37,717 nucleotides of DNA from Candidatus Zambryskiibacteriota bacterium (lineage in GTDB: Bacteria > Patescibacteriota > Minisyncoccia > Phycocordibacterales > DATGWK01): assembly GCA_023264565.1 (NCBI GenBank), contig JAHFLV010000006.1, positions 1 to 37,717 of the forward strand, written 5' to 3'. Below are positions 32,564 to 37,717 of this stretch, piece by piece; the stretch's first letter is position 1, and every line of letters begins with the position of its first letter. Position numbers and translations under genes: made by a program. The notes beneath the pieces are model-generated. The model was not told the origin of the DNA and made no database searches. It saw nothing but the letters and a program-made list of their open reading frames with translations.

Positions 32564-34315
32564 TTATTCCGACACAACTCGCAAAATTTCTTCGATTGTC
32601 GTCAAACCTTGAGCGGCCTTAAAGACTCCGTCTTCGATCATCGTAAGCATGCCTTCTTTTTTGGCCTGAGCTTCGAGTTCTTTGTCAGTTTTACCCTGCA
32701 TCACAAGTTCCTTGATAGCTGCAGACATTTTCAAAACCTCATATATACCAACTCGACCAGCAAAGGCTTCACTAACATTCACACCAGTCTTTGGTCGATA
32801 CATTGGGATTTTTTCCCAGGTTGCTTTTGCGTCGACAATCTTTTCGTCTTTCAGAGCCTTCAAAACTCGTTCCAAATCTACAGACTCAGAAAGAGTTTTG
32901 ATTTCCGCGGCAGTCATAAAATATTTCTCTTTTTTCTCAGTGAGTTTTCGAACCAAACGCTGACCGATCACCACGTTCACAGTCGACACAATCAAAAATG
33001 CCTCTGCATGCATATCAATGAGTCGTGGAATGGCACCAGCCGCAGAGTTGGTGTGAAGTGTTGAAAGCACCAAATGGCCCGTCAAAGACGCGTTAATCGC
33101 CAGCGACGCGGTTTCTGTGTCTCGAATTTCTCCAACCATGATGATGTCTGGGTCTTGTCGAACGAGCGTTCGCAAACCAGTACCGAAAGTTAAACCAATT
33201 TCAGACTTCACCTGAGTCTGATTTATACGATTCATTTGGTATTCGATCGGATCTTCAATCGTAGAAATGTTTACGTCGGCAGTATTCAAAATATCGAGCA
33301 TTGTGTAGAGCGTTGTTGTTTTTCCGGAGCCTGTCGGACCAGTAGTAAGAATCATACCGGTCGTGAGGTTCATGGCTTTATGAATTCGCTCGAGTGCTTC
33401 TCCATGAAAACCAGAGGCTTCCAAAGTGAAGCCGGCAGCGCTCGCTCGGAGTACGCGCATAACAGTTTTTTCACCAAAATACGTTGGCAATGTTGAAACT
33501 CGGAAAGAAATTTTCTCGCCGTTCAAGTCGATCTTGAATCGACCGTCTTGTGGCAAACGTTTTTCGTCAAGCTTTAAATTTGAAAGGACTTTGATACGCG
33601 CCACGATACTCGAAGCGGAATTTTTTGGAAGTACCATGGCATCACGGAGCAAACCGTCGATTCGGTAGCGTACGAGCAACTGTTCTTCGAGCGGCTCGAT
33701 GTGAATGTCAGATGCACCCTGAATAATCGCATGCTTTAAAAGCGTTTCGACGATTCGCACCACGGGCAAATCTTCAGCCAACTTTTTCAAATCTCCCTCT
33801 GAAGCTTCATCCTGATCTTCACCAGCAATAGTTTTGATCGTGCCAATATCTTTTTGAATCAAATCACCGAATTCGGCTTTCAAACTTTTTTGATACTGAA
33901 GCAAACCGCTTTTAATAGAATCGGTATCGGTCAAACGCGGCATGATTTTCAAGCCAACTTTTTTCTTTATGAAATCAATCGCCGAAAGGTCGTCGGTGTT
34001 GAGCATGGCAACTTCGAGAGAATCCTTTCCCTTTCTGAACGCAATGATGTTGTGGTTGCGAGCGATTGGTTCTGGAATGAGTGAGAGCACATCAAAATCC
34101 ATATGTTCGCCCTTGAGATCGACGAACGGGATACCGAGAATACTTGCCTGGATACGGCGCAAATCATTTTCGTTGATCGCGCCATCGGAAACGAGCACGT
34201 CACCAATATTCTGTTCGGTTTCTTTGGCCTTTTTTTCTGCAGCAGAGATAGCGCTCTTTGCAACAAGACCTGAGTCGACGATAAAATCTTTTAATTGCTT
34301 TTCTTCAATGTGCAT
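32564..34315 (-). CDS. pilB: Type IV pilus assembly ATPase PilB (GspE family)
   Basis: N-terminal T2SSE_N-like domain, Walker A GPTGSGKTT, Asp box and Walker B (IMVGEIRD), His box LSTLHTN. Confidence 0.93.
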   Translation of the reverse strand: MHIEEKQLKDFIVDSGLVAKSAISAAEKKAKETEQNIGDVLVSDGAINENDLRRIQASILGIPFVDLKGEHMDFDVLSLIPEPIARNHNIIAFRKGKDSLEVAMLNTDDLSAIDFIKKKVGLKIMPRLTDTDSIKSGLLQYQKSLKAEFGDLIQKDIGTIKTIAGEDQDEASEGDLKKLAEDLPVVRIVETLLKHAIIQGASDIHIEPLEEQLLVRYRIDGLLRDAMVLPKNSASSIVARIKVLSNLKLDEKRLPQDGRFKIDLNGEKISFRVSTLPTYFGEKTVMRVLRASAAGFTLEASGFHGEALERIHKAMNLTTGMILTTGPTGSGKTTTLYTMLDILNTADVNISTIEDPIEYQMNRINQTQVKSEIGLTFGTGLRTLVRQDPDIIMVGEIRDTETASLAINASLTGHLVLSTLHTNSAAGAIPRLIDMHAEAFLIVSTVNVVIGQRLVRKLTEKKEKYFMTAAEIKTLSESVDLERVLKALKDEKIVDAKATWEKIPMYRPKTGVNVSEAFAGRVGIYEVLKMSAAIKELVMQGKTDKELEAQAKKEGMLTMIEDGVFKAAQGLTTIEEILRVVSE

Positions 34316-34335
34316 ATTTGATTAAAGTATACCAA

Positions 34336-34372
34336 ACAAAAAACTCATCCGAGCTAGAGAGCGTGGATGAGT
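34336..34372 (-). terminator. Terminator between the tail-fibre-like gene and pilB (bidirectional look)
   Basis: CTCATCC/GGATGAG stem extendable by A-U pairs, 14-nt loop, U-runs on both strands. Confidence 0.55.
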
Positions 34373-34420
34373 TTTTTGAAAAATACTGTTGAGGAGATTT
34401 TCGACGAAACGAGCTGAAAA

Positions 34421-35410
34421 TTATGCGCCGTATGGATCGCCAGAATCAGCAGTGATTGAACATCGATTAGAACCACCGATCATAGGACATGCGATCGCAG
34501 GATTTGAGAAAGTAGGATCGACTCGAGCACATCGGATCTTATTGTTTGTCGCGCTAGCGGCATTAACACCAACCTGAATCCATCCTGATTCACAATACAT
34601 CATGCCACTGTACACGTTGATGTTGTAAGTCGCCTCAACCCATTTGTCGAAACGAATCTTTTGTGGAGCTTGCCATGTACCAAAACCTGCAGCGTCAGAA
34701 GTAAAGACCTTACCAGCACCAGGAGCCTGGCCTGAACCATTGATCTTTATAGTACCCGCAACATGCAATTTTGCACCCGCGTCTGGACTTGCTGTACCAA
34801 CACCAACGCTTGTGCCGTTATCGACGATCATACTATTACCAAGAGTCGTAGAATTGGTCCATTTTGGAATGTAGTTTGCGGTTCCAGAACCAGCAACACC
34901 ACCGGTGCCTCCACCTGTTGTAAGACAAACACCGTTGATCTTATAACAGCTTCCGGTAGGAAGGTTTACGTTTCCATAGACATCGAGAGCGTTACCGGTT
35001 GAAGCACCGATACCAATTTTCGCAGTCGAACTATTGTTGCTGTATGGACCGATGTACAAAGGAGCCCAACTACCCGCAGTTCGTGCCGCACCACTCTGGA
35101 TGTAGTTCGCATCACTCGCACCGCCTGTGCCGGTTCGAGTAAGGCGCAAATTTCCAAAAATTGCAGTACCGTTCTGAACAATAAGACCTGTATTACCATC
35201 AGAAAGAGTGTAGCCAAGGGTCAAACCACCGTCTTTAACCTGACCAGAAGAAGAAACGTTCAACGGAGCGTATGTGTTTCCCGCTGGTGGTGAACTTACC
35301 GGAGCCTGCCATGATGGCGCTGTTTGCGCAGATACATACTGCATTCCAGCAGCCAAGACGACCGCAAGAAGGACTATTTTTACTGTATTCAAAATTTGAT
35401 TGTTCTTCAT
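34421..35410 (-). CDS. Secreted Gly/Thr-rich tail-fibre-like surface protein (hypothetical)
   Basis: Signal peptide ends VSA|Q. Repeated LxVxGNxxL / LHVAGTIKING beta-helix-type motifs. Cys-containing C-terminal globular part. Confidence 0.65.
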   Translation of the reverse strand: MKNNQILNTVKIVLLAVVLAAGMQYVSAQTAPSWQAPVSSPPAGNTYAPLNVSSSGQVKDGGLTLGYTLSDGNTGLIVQNGTAIFGNLRLTRTGTGGASDANYIQSGAARTAGSWAPLYIGPYSNNSSTAKIGIGASTGNALDVYGNVNLPTGSCYKINGVCLTTGGGTGGVAGSGTANYIPKWTNSTTLGNSMIVDNGTSVGVGTASPDAGAKLHVAGTIKINGSGQAPGAGKVFTSDAAGFGTWQAPQKIRFDKWVEATYNINVYSGMMYCESGWIQVGVNAASATNNKIRCARVDPTFSNPAIACPMIGGSNRCSITADSGDPYGA

Positions 35411-35440
35411 AATTTTCTTTTATAATGCTTTTAAATATTT

Positions 35441-35737
35441 TTAACTTCCTGTTGTCATCCTGATATATTCGTCGCGATTGCCATTTCCCCTACTCGTATC
35501 TGACGCTGTCGTCATTTGATTGAGTTCGACAACTCCCGGATCATTAATCGACGAACTTCTTGGGGCTGTAGTGTCCCGCACCATATCTGCACGAGTCACA
35601 GCTGGAGTATTTTGCGGCGGAGAGTCCGGCGCTTTTGATCGATGTCCTCTAATCGCAACGAGTCCGAGAATAACTATGATGACGCCCACCAAAATGGCGA
35701 CGACAATCATTATTCGGTGATGATGTTGTTCATTCAT
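35441..35737 (-). CDS. 98-aa single-pass membrane protein (hypothetical)
   Basis: N-terminal HHHR followed by the TM helix IMIVVAILVGVIIVILGLVAI. The C-terminal part is Ser/Thr/Pro-rich and looks disordered. A 1-nt gap separates it from the upstream ORF. Confidence 0.5.
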   Translation of the reverse strand: MNEQHHHRIMIVVAILVGVIIVILGLVAIRGHRSKAPDSPPQNTPAVTRADMVRDTTAPRSSSINDPGVVELNQMTTASDTSRGNGNRDEYIRMTTGS

Positions 35738-35738
35738 A

Positions 35739-37139
35739 TTAAATTTCTATGATATTAGGGCGAACAATAACTCTTGTATCTGCATCACAACTACCAGACG
35801 CACCACCAGAAACACTGTCTAACACAGTCACATCGACATGTTTTGGTCCAAGAATACTGTATGTCTTGTCGACGGTAGTCTGTGAAGCGCTTGAGTTTAC
35901 AACCACAGGATGAGTGGTGTCGCCATCGAATATATACGTATAGACATATGGAGGAGTACCCGACGGACTAATAGTTACTTTCCAAGTTGCTGGCTGATTG
36001 ATATAGACAGGGTTTGGAGTAACTGAACATGAGGCACCGAGGTCGGTTGTTGGTGGCGGAACCGGAGCAGGATCAACAAAGACTTCTGCCGAGCCAATAG
36101 AAGAGAGGGTTCCGTAGGTTACTTCTGCTTGTGGGTGGAAATAAGTATTTTCTTGGGAGTATGAACAACCAGTGTATGTATTGCTTGATTGAGGAGCTGA
36201 CCATGTACCGCTGTAATCACATTTAAATCTATATGAAGGAGTTGGGGCAGGCTGCGCAAGCTGACGCTGCGCTTCAAAGCTCAACTGGTATGAAACCGCC
36301 AAAGTTGGAGTAAGAGTAGCTCGTCCATGAGTAGGATTTGCGGTCAAAGTAGTAATGAGGTTTTGAGCATTGCAAGTTCGAACACCGTTTCCTGACGCTT
36401 GATCCCACTTAAGCCAACCAATAACCGGTCCGCCCCATGAGTACCCAGAAAGATTTTTAACCCCACCGGCATTTGAAGCCTTCACTCCATATGAGCTTCC
36501 TACAGCAACACCATTACCAACCAAACTAATCCAGCCGTCCCAACCATCGCTTCGAGCAGTCATAGACGAACAATCGTTATTTACAGTACCAGAACATGCT
36601 CGTGCCCAACCCTGCAGACTTCCATTACTCTGTATTCTTGCATTTGAACTGCTGTTTCCAGAAGTACTTGGCATACCGGTCAAACTACCGAACTTAATCC
36701 AACCCAAATTACCACTCCAGGCGTATCCAGTGAGATCGTTTCGAGCAGAGATATTTACACCATATGTACCAGTGAATCCAACAGGACATCCTGGTCGAGC
36801 CGCGGCTTCTGCAGAAGAAATACTGCCGCTTCCATCAGTGTCGCAGTCTTTACTATTGAAACTAACCCAGCCTGCACCCATTTTTGGTGTTGGAAGCTCG
36901 TTTGTTGCACCCCAAGCAAAACCGCAGAGTTCGGTTGCTGAACCACCACCTGAAAGATCTCCAACAACCCCACCTATTGTGACACCACCGACAGGGGAAA
37001 TACCTCCGGTAGAACCAGTTGCACCAAACACCTTTTCAGAAGCGTGAGAGAAAAGCAGACTCACACCAACTAAAGAAAGAGAGAATACAAACGCTACTAC
37101 TGTTTTTTTACCTCCGAAAGATCCAAAAAGTGCTTTCAT
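35739..37139 (-). CDS. Secreted protein with G[YF][AS]W...GW[IVL].[FW] repeats and PKD-like C-terminal domains
   Basis: Signal peptide. Four or five aromatic GW repeats. C-terminal ATWKVT...YTYIFDGD PKD-like motif. Confidence 0.65.
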   Translation of the reverse strand: MKALFGSFGGKKTVVAFVFSLSLVGVSLLFSHASEKVFGATGSTGGISPVGGVTIGGVVGDLSGGGSATELCGFAWGATNELPTPKMGAGWVSFNSKDCDTDGSGSISSAEAAARPGCPVGFTGTYGVNISARNDLTGYAWSGNLGWIKFGSLTGMPSTSGNSSSNARIQSNGSLQGWARACSGTVNNDCSSMTARSDGWDGWISLVGNGVAVGSSYGVKASNAGGVKNLSGYSWGGPVIGWLKWDQASGNGVRTCNAQNLITTLTANPTHGRATLTPTLAVSYQLSFEAQRQLAQPAPTPSYRFKCDYSGTWSAPQSSNTYTGCSYSQENTYFHPQAEVTYGTLSSIGSAEVFVDPAPVPPPTTDLGASCSVTPNPVYINQPATWKVTISPSGTPPYVYTYIFDGDTTHPVVVNSSASQTTVDKTYSILGPKHVDVTVLDSVSGGASGSCDADTRVIVRPNIIEI

Positions 37140-37298
37140 TTAAAAAAATTTAAAAATTAAAGGTGTTTGTTAATAGAATATACAGAAAAGACACTTTGTC
37201 TTTTAACTCATAAAAGTTTAACACACAACATTTCTTTAAAAATTATTTTCTTCTATATTATGTGGATAGGATCGTGCGCACATACAGTTTTATACCCA

Positions 37299-37328
37299 TT
37301 GGACAAAGTCCGGATAATCATCTATAAT
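37299..37328 (+). promoter_or_regulatory. Candidate nusA promoter
   Basis: TTGGAC-18 nt-TATAAT on the plus strand, about 63 nt upstream of the nusA ATG. Confidence 0.45.
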
Positions 37329-37345
37329 TGGAAAGTAGTAAGTTC

Positions 37346-37368
37346 GCCCTTGGGCGGGCTATTTTTTT
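37346..37368 (+). terminator. Weak terminator-like hairpin in the nusA leader
   Basis: GCCC-TTGGGC-GGGC hairpin followed by TATTTTTTT, between the candidate promoter and the nusA ATG. Confidence 0.3.
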
Positions 37369-37390
37369 ACCAAAAATTAAGAGCAAAACC

Positions 37391-37717
37391 ATGTTAGACC
37401 TTAAAATAATCAACTCTGTACTCGAGCAGCTCGAACAGGAACGCGGCATCGCCCGCGAAAAAGTCGTCGAAGCTATCGAAATGGCTCTCGCGACCGCATA
37501 TAAAAAAGAATATGGCCAGAAGGGTCAGATTGTTCATGCTAAATTCGATATCAACTCCGGAAAAACAGAATTTTCACAGGTAAAGGTTGTTGTTGATGAA
37601 TCAACCGTGGTTTTTGATCCTGAAGACGAAACACAGAGCATGACTACCGAAAATGCTGCCGGTGAAACCGTCGAAAAGGATATTTTCAATCCAGAACATC
37701 ATATTTTGCTCGCTGAT
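37391..37717 (+). CDS. nusA: Transcription termination/antitermination factor NusA (5' partial, runs off the window)
   Basis: My own translation gives MLDLKIINSVLEQLEQERGIAREKVVEAIEMALATAYKKEYG, a typical NusA N-terminal domain. No stop codon before the window end. Confidence 0.85.
   Translation, partial: MLDLKIINSVLEQLEQERGIAREKVVEAIEMALATAYKKEYGQKGQIVHAKFDINSGKTEFSQVKVVVDESTVVFDPEDETQSMTTENAAGETVEKDIFNPEHHILLAD

Noticed and set aside
1-37717. Alternative genetic code (UGA recoding as in Gracilibacteria/SR1)
   Set aside because: All conserved genes (tuf, fusA, the r-proteins, pgk, recJ, pilB) are full length under the standard code with no in-frame TGA interruption.
1-37717. CRISPR arrays, tRNA/rRNA genes, and reverse transcriptase/DGR, retron or toxin-antitoxin pairs
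   Set aside because: I found no regularly spaced direct repeats, no cloverleaf-capable intergenic segments, no RT/Cas/integrase/transposase-like ORF, and no obvious small bicistronic TA pair.

Overview
The window comes from a compact bacterial genome that uses the standard genetic code. It is probably a Patescibacteria/CPR-like organism. That is an inference from the giant pseudopilins, the split ComEC, the Lys/Ala-rich r-protein tails and the tight gene packing; no database search was possible.

Almost everything is on the minus strand. In transcription order:
- nusA 5' end (divergent, plus strand).
- Three large surface proteins.
- A type IV pilus module: pilB, pilC and three pseudopilins.
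- tpiA, pgk, a HIT protein (+), recJ and RNase HI.
- The ComEC channel domain, a two-gene GC-rich island, SOD (+) and a separate ComEC-type MBL domain.
- rpmB (+) and an M50 protease.
- The str/S10/spc ribosomal supercluster: rpsL-rpsG-fusA ... tuf-rpsJ-rplC-rplD-rplW-rplB ... rpsS-rplV-rpsC-rplP-rpmC-rpsQ-rplN-rplX-rplE.

The most unusual signal is that this normally invariant supercluster and its surroundings are interrupted, co-directionally, by self-contained cassettes. Each has a sigma70-like promoter, small exported, membrane or Cys-rich ORF(s), and a GC-rich hairpin followed by a U-run. Each is followed immediately by a fresh promoter for the downstream essential gene. The insertions are:
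- a 2.7-kb four-gene island between fusA and tuf, holding two paralogous Cys-rich secreted proteins, a Pro/Thr-linker Cys-rich protein and a 62-aa lipoprotein;
- a 57-aa membrane-peptide cassette between rplB and rpsS;
- an 87-aa Cys-rich ORF after rpsL;
- a roughly 60% GC two-gene island between sod and comEC.

Three of the promoters share an identical CTTCTGC-TACYAT block. Other points worth a second look:
- a ~100-nt Y-shaped RNA structure between rpsG and fusA;
- promoter-proximal terminator-like hairpins ahead of rpsS and nusA;
- an RNase HI with a C-terminal hybrid-binding domain;
- a surface-protein trio next to the pilus genes.

I saw no rRNA, tRNA, CRISPR array, transposase, integrase or reverse transcriptase. 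Coordinates of regulatory elements were counted by hand and are good to about +/-3 nt.
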